Of a stretch of DNA of 64,000 nt, positions 19,135-28,712 are shown piece by piece. A program made the translations under genes and the position numbers. The first letter of the stretch is position 1. The number at the start of each line of letters is the position of its first letter. The notes beneath the pieces were generated by a model. It was given only the letters and a program-made list of their open reading frames with translations, was not told the DNA's origin and searched no databases. Source of the DNA: Flavobacteriaceae bacterium (GTDB lineage Bacteria > Bacteroidota > Bacteroidia > Flavobacteriales > Flavobacteriaceae); assembly GCA_965656545.1 (NCBI GenBank), contig CBFHKZ010000003.1:114580-178579 (forward strand), read 5' to 3'.

Positions 19135-20884
19135 ACTTGTTCTAGTACTCGCTTTTCTTTTGTTTGGCTTGCTTGGCAACGCACAAGAGCCAGAAGTATC
19201 TCACTTTATTGTTCATAAAGTAAAGAAGAAAGAATCCCTTGAAGGGATTGCAACACGCTACGACGTCACAGTGGCTCAAATCATTACGCACAACCCCGCT
19301 GCTGCGAAAGGAATACGCAAACGTGACAAGCTCAAAATACCTAGATACAAAACAAAAGTTGTTGTTGCGCCAGCGCAACCCACAACAGCAACGCATAACG
19401 TACAACCAAAGGAAACCCTCTGGCGGATTGCCTATACCTACGGCATTTCAGTAGACGCACTCAAGGCGTTAAATCCCCAATTGGGTGATACCTTGTCGGT
19501 TGGGAGCATACTTAAAGTGCCCTCAAAAACGGCTGAAGAAATTGCCGCACAATTTGATTATTATACCGTTCAACCCCGGGAAGGTTTTTTCCGCCTTGAA
19601 CAAAAATTAGGCCTTAGTAAAGCTGATTTAGAAGCCCTGAACCCAAGCCTTGATTCTACAGGACTTATGGTGGGCATGGTTTTAAAAATTCCAAAAGCAC
19701 AAGCAGCTGATTCACTCATTGTTGATGAATTGAAAAAAACCAAAACCAGTCTATGGGACAGCACCTTTGTTGCTCCAGTAGTGCGCATTGCTTTTTTGGC
19801 ACCCTTTAGGCTTTCTAAAATTGAGCTGGATTCCATAAATCAAACAAATAAAACGCTTTCTGAACGCAACCTAACAACGGTGTCGCTTGACTTTTATTCT
19901 GGCATGTTACATGCTGCTGATAGTCTGAACAAGGCAGGCTTGAGTGTTGAACTCTCTGTTTTTGACTCCGAAGGGCAGCTGCATATTATTGAGCAGTTGC
20001 TCAATCAAGAAGACTTTACCGGCTATGATGCTGTTATTGGGCCCTTCACGCCAGCCAATGTGAGCAGGATGGCACAAGCCATGAGCTTTTTTAATGTGCC
20101 CGTTATCTCCCCCTTGACCACGCGTGAGATTCGCCCGCGTAAAATGCTTATCAACACCATTCCCAGCAAGAAGTCACTCGCCAAACGCATGATGCGCTAT
20201 GTGGATTCGCTGGACGCACAACACGAAAATCCCTGTGTATTGATTATTGCAGACTCCAAAAATCAGCAAACGGCACTGCGCCTAAAAGAACAGTTTCCTT
20301 TGGCAGAAGTATTGCCACCAGACGAAGAATTTGGCTTTATCAAGCCCGATGTGGTGGATTCATTGCTGACACCCACAAGACCAAATTGGGTCTTTTTGGA
20401 AACCGAAAATTTGAATTTGGTAACCAGCATGACTTCCATGTTAAATGCCCAATCCTCGGAGGAGCGTCAGGTGCAATTGCTCACGCATTTCCGATCGCCG
20501 GCCTATGATGATAAAAACATTTCTCAAGCCCATCTGGGCAATATCCACTTTTCATACCCCAATCATTTTTTGGAAAAACGCGATAGCTTACGTCTAAAAT
20601 TCGACGCTTCATTTAAAGAACGCTACGGAAAGGTGCCCAACAGGACTGCCGTTAAGGGTTTTGATGTTATGGTTGATGCCTCCCTTCGAATTGCTACCAA
20701 TAGAAAACTTATAGACGGCTTAAAATTGGGTGCTTTGGAGCAGTTACAATACCGTTTTGATTACCAGCCCAATCCAAAAGGCGGTTACCGAAATACCGCT
20801 ACTTATATGGTTCAACATCAGGGTTTTGAAACCATAGAAATAGTGCCGTTAAAGCCACCAGCAGATTCCTTGCATGTTAGGTAG
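19091..20884 (+). CDS. LysM-repeat protein with a C-terminal periplasmic-binding-protein-like domain
   Basis: Signal peptide [17 protein letters not shown]. Three LysM-like repeats ([13 protein letters not shown].., [13 protein letters not shown].., [13 protein letters not shown]..). The start was chosen as the last ATG before the signal peptide, and it overlaps the guaA 3' end by 44 nt. Confidence 0.75.
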   Translation: MISVQNPLQQSSGNRLVLVLAFLLFGLLGNAQEPEVSHFIVHKVKKKESLEGIATRYDVTVAQIITHNPAAAKGIRKRDKLKIPRYKTKVVVAPAQPTTATHNVQPKETLWRIAYTYGISVDALKALNPQLGDTLSVGSILKVPSKTAEEIAAQFDYYTVQPREGFFRLEQKLGLSKADLEALNPSLDSTGLMVGMVLKIPKAQAADSLIVDELKKTKTSLWDSTFVAPVVRIAFLAPFRLSKIELDSINQTNKTLSERNLTTVSLDFYSGMLHAADSLNKAGLSVELSVFDSEGQLHIIEQLLNQEDFTGYDAVIGPFTPANVSRMAQAMSFFNVPVISPLTTREIRPRKMLINTIPSKKSLAKRMMRYVDSLDAQHENPCVLIIADSKNQQTALRLKEQFPLAEVLPPDEEFGFIKPDVVDSLLTPTRPNWVFLETENLNLVTSMTSMLNAQSSEERQVQLLTHFRSPAYDDKNISQAHLGNIHFSYPNHFLEKRDSLRLKFDASFKERYGKVPNRTAVKGFDVMVDASLRIATNRKLIDGLKLGALEQLQYRFDYQPNPKGGYRNTATYMVQHQGFETIEIVPLKPPADSLHVR

Positions 20885-20895
20885 TTTATTCTTTG

Positions 20896-20903
20896 TATTT
20901 TTG
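20896..20903 (+). promoter_or_regulatory. -7 box TATTTTTG upstream of pyrG
   Basis: Exact TAnnTTTG match, 22 nt before the ATG at 20926. Confidence 0.35.
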
Positions 20904-20916
20904 CCACTTAAAATGA

Positions 20917-22542
<1,626 letters not shown>

Positions 22543-22548
22543 TATAAC

Positions 22549-24345
22549 ATGGAAAATCGGCGAATAGACCCTTTACAAATCATAGGAATGGTGCTTATTT
22601 TTGGCATATTCACTTGGATGATGTACAATCAGCCTGTTCCAGATTTGGAAACGACAGCTACCGCTACCACCGAAGCAGTCGAACAACAAGATCCAGTACA
22701 GCCCATTGCTACAGACACAGCCGAACAAGCAGCTCCTACAGCAGCAGCGGTCAGCGTTGTTGCCGATACGCTTAACCTGCAAAACGAGGTGCTGTCTATT
22801 GGTATTTCTACCAAAGGAGGCGTGATGACACAGGTTGCTCTAAAAGATTTGGTCAATTACCAAGACGAGCCTTTGCACTTGATCGACAACGATAACAGCT
22901 CCTTTAATATCGCTTTTACAACGGTTTCTGGACAGTTGTTTCAGACAAAATTTATGATGTTTACCCCTTCGGTAAGCAACACAGCAGCCGGACAGGAATT
23001 GCGATTGCGCTCGCCACTTGATGCCGATGGCTATATTGAATTGGTTTACACCTTGCCTAAGGAAGGATACCGCTTTGGTTTTGAAGTGGTTGCCGAAGGC
23101 ATAGAAGGTGCTTTGGACCCTTCCATTCCCGCTGCCTTTTCATGGCGTATGGATGGCTTCCGTCATGCGAAAAGTGCCCAATACGAAAACCGTTATACGC
23201 AGCTTGCCTATAACCACAAATCGGACAAATACAGTACGCTTTCTGCCGCAGGAGACGACGACGAAGACCTAAAAAACGTGGGGTGGGTATCCTACCGCCA
23301 ACATTTTTTTAGCAGTATTCTTATTCCAGAAAATCCATTTGAAGTGGCTGCTGTGACCTCATCAACCATAACAGACGAGGAAGAAGAAGAGGAATCGGAA
23401 TTCCTTAAGGCGTTTACGACCGAAACCACATTGCCTTACAGCCGCAACCGTTTTCAAGCCAATTTTGATTGGTATATGGGCCCAACCGACTACGCGGTAT
23501 TAAAGACCTATGACGAATCTCTCTATGAAAGTATTTCTTTTGGTTGGGGGATTATTGGCTGGATAAACCGTTCGGTATTTTATCCGTTGTTTAGCATGCT
23601 TTCGGGGGTTGTTCCGCAGGGGATTGCCATTATTTTATTGACCATTATCGTGCGTTTGGTGCTTTCGCCAGTGCTCTACAAGTCTTATGTGTCTCAAGCC
23701 AAAATGCGGGTATTGCGACCAGAGATAACGGCCTTAAATGAAAAGTATAAAAACGATGCCACTAAGCGTCAGCAGGAAACCATGAAGCTATACAGCAAAG
23801 CCGGGGCAAGCCCCATGGCAGGTTGTATACCTGCGTTGATTCAAATGCCGGTTTTCTTTGCCTTGTTCTATTTCTTTCCCATCGCATACGAAATGCGTGG
23901 TAAGTCCTTTTTATGGGCAAAAGATTTATCGTCCTACGACATGATTGCCGAGCTTCCGTTTAGCATTCCGTTCTATGGCGATCACGTTAGTTTGTTTCCA
24001 CTCTTGGCGTCTGTTGCGATATTCTTTTATACCCAGATGACGGCAGGGCAGCAAATGCAACCTTCACAGCCGGGCATGCCCAACATGAAGTATATCATGT
24101 ATTTGATGCCTGTGATGATGTTGTTTTTCTTTAACAATTATGCCAGTGGATTTAGTTTGTACTATTTTGTTTCCAACGTCTTGATGATTGGGATCATGTT
24201 GGTGATTAAAAACGTCATCATTGATCAGGACAAAATCCATGCGCAGATTGAGGAAAACAAAAAGAAGCCCAAGAAGCAAAACCGCTTTCAGCGTAAGATG
24301 TCTGAACTGATGGAAGAAGCAGAGCGTCAAAAAAAGCTTAAATAA
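22549..24345 (+). CDS. yidC: membrane protein insertase YidC (long Bacteroidota form)
   Basis: 598 aa. One N-terminal TM segment, a large periplasmic domain, then the 60-kDa IMP core (GWGIIGWINR..., PALIQMPVFFALF). Confidence 0.92.
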   Translation: MENRRIDPLQIIGMVLIFGIFTWMMYNQPVPDLETTATATTEAVEQQDPVQPIATDTAEQAAPTAAAVSVVADTLNLQNEVLSIGISTKGGVMTQVALKDLVNYQDEPLHLIDNDNSSFNIAFTTVSGQLFQTKFMMFTPSVSNTAAGQELRLRSPLDADGYIELVYTLPKEGYRFGFEVVAEGIEGALDPSIPAAFSWRMDGFRHAKSAQYENRYTQLAYNHKSDKYSTLSAAGDDDEDLKNVGWVSYRQHFFSSILIPENPFEVAAVTSSTITDEEEEEESEFLKAFTTETTLPYSRNRFQANFDWYMGPTDYAVLKTYDESLYESISFGWGIIGWINRSVFYPLFSMLSGVVPQGIAIILLTIIVRLVLSPVLYKSYVSQAKMRVLRPEITALNEKYKNDATKRQQETMKLYSKAGASPMAGCIPALIQMPVFFALFYFFPIAYEMRGKSFLWAKDLSSYDMIAELPFSIPFYGDHVSLFPLLASVAIFFYTQMTAGQQMQPSQPGMPNMKYIMYLMPVMMLFFFNNYASGFSLYYFVSNVLMIGIMLVIKNVIIDQDKIHAQIEENKKKPKKQNRFQRKMSELMEEAERQKKLK

Positions 24346-24389
24346 GCCGTTCTAGGGGGCATAGCCACAACTAACTCACATATCCTGCT

Positions 24390-24397
24390 TACCTTTG
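24390..24397 (+). promoter_or_regulatory. -7 box TACCTTTG, 4 nt before the mnmA ATG
   Basis: Exact TAnnTTTG match. The 17-mer CTTACCTTTGTACCATG is identical to the one in front of ruvX (47595-47611). Confidence 0.4.
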
Positions 24398-24401
24398 TAC
24401 C

Positions 24402-25634
24402 ATGCAAAACAAACGTGTCATTGTTGGACTTTCTGGTGGTGTAGACTCCAGTGTTGCTGCTTATTTACTGCAGCAGCAAGGCTATGAGGTCATTGGTTTG
24501 TTTATGAAAAACTGGCACGATGACTCGGTAACCATTTCGGACGATTGCCCTTGGCTGGAAGACAGCAACGATGCCATGTTGGTGGCTGAAAAACTCGGCA
24601 TTCCCTTTCAAACCGTTGATTTAAGCAAGCAGTATAAGGAGCGTATAGTGGACTATATGTTTGCCGAATACCAACGTGGGCGCACGCCAAACCCAGATGT
24701 GCTTTGCAACCGTGAAATCAAATTTGATGTGTTTTTGGATATCGCCCTGTCATTGGGTGCGGACTATGTGGCTACGGGGCACTATTGCCAAAAGGATAGC
24801 CTTGCCGTGGACGCTGCGCCTGCCGTGGACGCTGCGCCTGGCGTGGACGCTGAGCCTGCCGTGGACGCTGAGCCTGTCGAAGCGACCCACCGCCTGCTTG
24901 CAGGCGCAGACCCCAATAAGGATCAGTCGTATTTTTTATGCCAACTCAACCAAGCGCAACTTGCCAAAACGCTATTTCCCATTGGCGGACTGCAAAAAAG
25001 CGAAGTGCGTAGCATTGCTGCCGAACAAGGACTGGTAACGGCTGAAAAGCGCGATTCCCAAGGTTTGTGCTTTGTGGGCAAGGTAAGCCTGCCCGACTTT
25101 TTACAGCAAAAACTAGCCACCAAAAAAGGTGCTATTATGCAAGTTGCAGACACGCACCCCATGTATGCCAAAACCCCAGACAATACGCCACAGGGCTTGG
25201 CGGAAAAGTTTGTGTATGCTCCCGAAGACGGCAAGGTTGTAGGTACGCATAACGGCGCACATTTTTTTACGGTGGGCCAACGCAAGGGCTTGGCGGTTGG
25301 GGGTACCAAAGAACCGCTGTTTGTACTGGCAACGGACGTGCAAAAAAACAGCATTTACGTAGGGGAGGGCAAAGACCACCCGGGCTTATATCGCCGTGCC
25401 TTGTGGATAGACCAAGCAGATGTACACTGGATACGCCCCGACTTAGAAACCGACCAACCCCTAAAGGTACAGGCACGCATACGCTACCGCCAGCCTTTGG
25501 CCACCGCTACACTGCATCCAAAAACAACAGGCATGTACCTCGTTTTTGATGCGCCCCAATCGGCGATTGCCGCCGGGCAGTTTGCCGCTTGGTACCTAGA
25601 CAATGAGCTGATAGGTTCTGGAGTTATTGGGTAA
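24402..25634 (+). CDS. mnmA: tRNA 2-thiouridine(34) synthase MnmA, carrying an in-frame repeat insertion
   Basis: 410 aa. PP-loop [22 protein letters not shown] and DQSYFL motifs. An extra AVDAAP-type repeat block sits between ATGHY and DQSYFL. Confidence 0.93.
   Translation: MQNKRVIVGLSGGVDSSVAAYLLQQQGYEVIGLFMKNWHDDSVTISDDCPWLEDSNDAMLVAEKLGIPFQTVDLSKQYKERIVDYMFAEYQRGRTPNPDVLCNREIKFDVFLDIALSLGADYVATGHYCQKDSLAVDAAPAVDAAPGVDAEPAVDAEPVEATHRLLAGADPNKDQSYFLCQLNQAQLAKTLFPIGGLQKSEVRSIAAEQGLVTAEKRDSQGLCFVGKVSLPDFLQQKLATKKGAIMQVADTHPMYAKTPDNTPQGLAEKFVYAPEDGKVVGTHNGAHFFTVGQRKGLAVGGTKEPLFVLATDVQKNSIYVGEGKDHPGLYRRALWIDQADVHWIRPDLETDQPLKVQARIRYRQPLATATLHPKTTGMYLVFDAPQSAIAAGQFAAWYLDNELIGSGVIG
24804..24875 (+). 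repeat. 18-bp x4 in-frame tandem repeat inside mnmA
   Basis: GCCGTGGACGCTGCGCCT x2, then GGCGTGGACGCTGAGCCT, then GCCGTGGACGCTGAGCCT. It encodes [24 protein letters not shown]. Confidence 0.95.
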
Positions 25635-25728
25635 ACATCCTTTCTAGCGAACCCCTTTGGCGTGCCATTTTAAAAGGTAAGTCACGCAGGTGTTAGCGAG
25701 GTTACGGTTTAATCTGCGCTTAGGCATG

Positions 25729-26226
25729 TTACAAGTAGTTTTCTATTAGTTCAGAAATGGTTTGTTCAGTCAGTTCAAATCCTTTTAGTTGTGGCCAACC
25801 TTCCCAAACAACAATTCCTTTTGGATTTATTATCACACAATGCGGGATTCCCTTTACCTCATAAATCTTTTCCAATCTTTCTTTGGTATCAATTGCACTA
25901 TAATATTCAATCTTTGGGTTTGTCATTCTTTTTACTTTCCCCATTTTTTCATCACTGATGCCAATAACAACTAAGTTGTCTTTGAATTTGTGGTGAAATT
26001 CGTTTAGTTCAGGGATCGATTTTTTACAAGTTCCACACCAAGTTGCCCAAAATTCAATTAGAATGAATTTTCCTTTAGTTTCAGGTTTTTCAGTCAGCCA
26101 CTCTTCAACTACAATTTCAGGAGCTTTTTTGTTTATAAATGATTTTGCCCATAACTTTTTTTCTTGAGCAAAAAGGCTAGAAACGGACAGTATAACAGTC
26201 AACGTTAGTAAAAGTATTTTTTTCAT
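25729..26226 (-). CDS. TlpA-like thioredoxin-fold thiol:disulfide oxidoreductase (exported)
   Basis: 165 aa. Signal peptide ending SLFAQ. CxxC motif WATWCGTCKK. GIPHCVIINPKG. The gene is AT-rich. Confidence 0.85.
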   Translation of the reverse strand: MKKILLLTLTVILSVSSLFAQEKKLWAKSFINKKAPEIVVEEWLTEKPETKGKFILIEFWATWCGTCKKSIPELNEFHHKFKDNLVVIGISDEKMGKVKRMTNPKIEYYSAIDTKERLEKIYEVKGIPHCVIINPKGIVVWEGWPQLKGFELTEQTISELIENYL

Positions 26227-26233
26227 ATTCTTC

Positions 26234-26365
26234 GTTTTAAGAACAAATCACAAATACCCAAGGAAATCCTAAAGAAAGGAGTTGTTGCAGGCCTAAAAAG
26301 AAGAACAGACTTGGGAGTCCCGCCGAGGCGAGGCGTATTGTTCACCACTAAAATAGTAAAAAAAT
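26234..26365. repeat. leader repeat copy 1 (directly upstream of the TlpA-like gene)
   Basis: 82-nt block 26234-26315 matches 28713-28794 at 80/82. A second block, TTGTTCACCACTAAA(A)TAGTAAAAAAA, is also shared. Copy 1 carries an extra 22 nt (AGTCCCGCCGAGGCGAGGCGTA). Confidence 0.9.
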
Positions 26366-26793
26366 TACACTGACCTTGATGTTAACATCTTATATGGTGA
26401 TACTACAGGTAATATCATTTCTTTAAAGTTTGTGTTTTGTAGTTGCTGAAAAATTAGACCTCTTGCTGTAGAAAAACTTATACCTAATAAAGTTGCTATA
26501 AATTGGTGTGAAAATACTGGCACATTACTTTCGTTTAGCTTGTACTGCTCGCTTAAATCTTTAATCACAAAATAAAAATCTATGTTAAATTTAACCCCTA
26601 TTTCTTCTTGAGATAAAAGATTAATGAATAATTCTATTTTAATTCTTTCATCTTTTAAATTGTGTTTAGTGTTTTGCGCTACACTAAATTCAAGATTTAA
26701 ATTATCATTTATTATATCATCACATATATAAGTATCAACAACTTCTATATTGAATAATTTAATTTTTTCTGGAATGATAAGATTTTCAGCCAT
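26365..26793 (-). CDS. hypothetical 142-aa protein, candidate SecB-like chaperone of a TAC-type module
   Basis: Its ATG shares one nt with the upstream stop (TAATG). Its size and pattern resemble SecB: IKLFNIEVVDTYI compares with FQIQRIYTKDISF, and the C-terminal FIATLLGISFSTARGLIFQQLQNTNFKEMILPVVSPYKML compares with E. coli SecB [36 protein letters not shown]. Eye alignment only. Confidence 0.35.
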   Translation of the reverse strand: MAENLIIPEKIKLFNIEVVDTYICDDIINDNLNLEFSVAQNTKHNLKDERIKIELFINLLSQEEIGVKFNIDFYFVIKDLSEQYKLNESNVPVFSHQFIATLLGISFSTARGLIFQQLQNTNFKEMILPVVSPYKMLTSRSV

Positions 26794-27164
26794 TATACTG
26801 CTTCTTGTGTATAGTAACTTTGTTCATAATCATCTATAGCAGATACTACGTCTTGTGAACCACCTTCTACGATACCTAAATACACATATTGAGGTTCTGG
26901 ATTCATTAGGTTGACCCCTAATGCATTTTCCATTTTTATAATACTTTTTAATGTTAGATTATGTAAACCTGAAAGCCATTTTGTGACTTCAGAAGGCTTT
27001 TTGCCTAACATTTCAGCAAACTTATTTTTCTTAATACCTCTTTTCTTTAAAATTACGCATACCTTTTGGGTAATCTCTAAATTACGTTCTATAAATTTAT
27101 CGATTTCAGGATTTTGATTTTCTTCTAACCAATTATCAAGTATGTTTTCTTTAGGAAATTCCAT
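26793..27164 (-). CDS. HTH-XRE (HigA-like) antitoxin candidate with a C-terminal extension
   Basis: HTH_3-type motif KFAEMLGKKPSEVTKWLSGLHNLTLKSIIKMENALGV, then a tail of about 35 aa (PEPQYVYLGIVEGG...DDYEQSYYTQEAV). The ATG at 27164 was preferred over the track's GTG at 27197. Confidence 0.65.
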   Translation of the reverse strand: MEFPKENILDNWLEENQNPEIDKFIERNLEITQKVCVILKKRGIKKNKFAEMLGKKPSEVTKWLSGLHNLTLKSIIKMENALGVNLMNPEPQYVYLGIVEGGSQDVVSAIDDYEQSYYTQEAV

Positions 27165-27171
27165 TTTTTTT

Positions 27172-27696
27172 TTAATAATAAAGTATAAAATCTTCACTAC
27201 AACTAATCAAAGTACAATCTTCGTTCCAAATAATATCTTTTTCACGAAAAGCATTATCAATTGCTTTTGTTAGTGTATTTGCTAAATTAAAATGTCTTTG
27301 AACATTTGGACATTCTTGTGCTTTTTGTGTTGTTTTAATATCGCCACTAAAAAGAAAAACAACATTTGGATTTGCTTTCAAACAATATAATCTAAGATTA
27401 TTTACTTTTTTCTTACCATACTCTACATAGTACGGTTTTTTGTCTTTGCCAATTGGTGGTAATGCTGAAGTATCTGCATTTTTTGCTTCATTTCTGAAAA
27501 AACGATTTTGTGCGCCATATTTTTCACCTATTAATTTCAACCATTTTTGAATATGATATAACTTCTTTTTATTCTCAATAGTATGTTTTTCAACAAACTT
27601 TTGATATAATGTTTTTTCACTATCATCCAAACAAACAGAATAATACGCTACTGTTTTATATTTGAATAGTGGTTTTATACGCGCAAAGTTATTCAC
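27172..27696 (-). CDS. Gp49/HigB-like (RelE-fold) toxin candidate
   Basis: 174 aa with a GTG start. The core NLRLYCLKANPNVVFLFSGDIKTTQKAQECPNV resembles the Gp49/HigB motif (..YRIFYF...VLLHGFQKKSQKTPK..). It lies 7 nt upstream of the HTH gene. Recognition only. Confidence 0.45.
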   Translation of the reverse strand: MNNFARIKPLFKYKTVAYYSVCLDDSEKTLYQKFVEKHTIENKKKLYHIQKWLKLIGEKYGAQNRFFRNEAKNADTSALPPIGKDKKPYYVEYGKKKVNNLRLYCLKANPNVVFLFSGDIKTTQKAQECPNVQRHFNLANTLTKAIDNAFREKDIIWNEDCTLISCSEDFILYY

Positions 27697-27711
27697 TTTT
27701 AAGTTAATTTA

Positions 27712-27719
27712 CAAAATTA
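27712..27719 (-). promoter_or_regulatory. -7 box TAATTTTG for the three-gene cassette
   Basis: Reverse complement reads TAATTTTG, 15 nt upstream of the GTG at 27696. Confidence 0.4.
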
Positions 27720-27739
27720 TTTCACTTTTAAGTGAAATA
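27718..27739. promoter_or_regulatory. palindromic operator candidate (TATTTCACTT-tt-AAGTGAAATA)
   Basis: Perfect 10-bp inverted arms with a 2-nt spacer, abutting the -7 box. A half-site copy TTCACTTTTAAGT recurs at 27692-27704, over the start codon. Confidence 0.5.
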
Positions 27740-28042
27740 TAATTATCATTTCTGCTATTTTAGAAAGTCTAAAAAAGTTCATATATTATTATATTTAGAA
27801 AACCATTTCTTATAAGTTGATTTATCTTTAAAATAAAAAGAATACAATTAATTATTCAACTTTAATCGCAAATGAAATTGGCTATATAATAGGCAATTGA
27901 TTTTATTTTCTTTCAAATATCAAATCAGCTCCATCAACATAAGATTGCCCCAACGTCATTTTGCTATTTTGTTCTTTTTATGTGTGCCAACTATTAAATA
28001 TATACATTCCCTTTATTCATATTTTATCTATCATAAGCCTGT

Positions 28043-28705
28043 TTAATAAAACCTCACGGCACTAAATTTAATTTTTAGTGGTACAGCAATGCTATAATCT
28101 GGATTTAAGTAAGAAGAGGTAGATTTTTTTTTAAATAATAGCGTGTCATCGTAAGACCCTTTAATGGTATTGCCAAAACAATAAACTTTATCCGGCCATT
28201 CGCCGCAAGATTCACTTGAGTTAGCTTTTATTTCACTTCCCAGGTCTGTAAGTGTGACCGTGATTTCACCTATTTTACCAGAGCTTTGTTCTTTAAAACT
28301 GCCTACTTCATAATCTATGTCATGTTGCGATCTAATAAAATCAACCATCAAATAATTAAAGGAAATCTGTGAAGTATTTGCTCCTATAGAAGCATTAGAA
28401 ATATATAATTCAGTAAAAATATTATCTCCTGAGACATAGTTTTTAGCGCTCTTGTCAGATATTCCAAGGCTGATGTATCCTGAGGCTAATGAATTGCAAT
28501 CATTTGCCCAGTCTGCACCTCCACCTCCCTCAGTTTCATGTGGCACTACAGTTGATGTGTGTCCTTCAATTTTATGTTTCTTTCCCGCAAATTCTATTTC
28601 AAAAAAATAGGAGACATTTCCATTGACACTTTGAGTGGAATCTCCATCATCTTTATTGCAAGAAACAAGTAATAATAGTGTTAATACAAGTAAGCTTTTT
28701 CTCAT
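28043..28705 (-). CDS. hypothetical lipoprotein, probably surface-exposed
   Basis: 220 aa. Lipobox LLVSC followed by NKDDGD, which matches the Bacteroidota lipoprotein export signal K-(D/E)2. I recognise no family. The gene is AT-rich. Confidence 0.6.
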   Translation of the reverse strand: MRKSLLVLTLLLLVSCNKDDGDSTQSVNGNVSYFFEIEFAGKKHKIEGHTSTVVPHETEGGGGADWANDCNSLASGYISLGISDKSAKNYVSGDNIFTELYISNASIGANTSQISFNYLMVDFIRSQHDIDYEVGSFKEQSSGKIGEITVTLTDLGSEIKANSSESCGEWPDKVYCFGNTIKGSYDDTLLFKKKSTSSYLNPDYSIAVPLKIKFSAVRFY

Positions 28706-28712
28706 GATTTTA

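Noticed and set aside
24661-25038. Plus-strand alternative-frame ORF (125 aa) spanning the mnmA tandem repeat (…[25 protein letters not shown]…).
   Set aside because: It is the +1-frame reading of the repeat within a clearly intact mnmA, and it has no independent start context.
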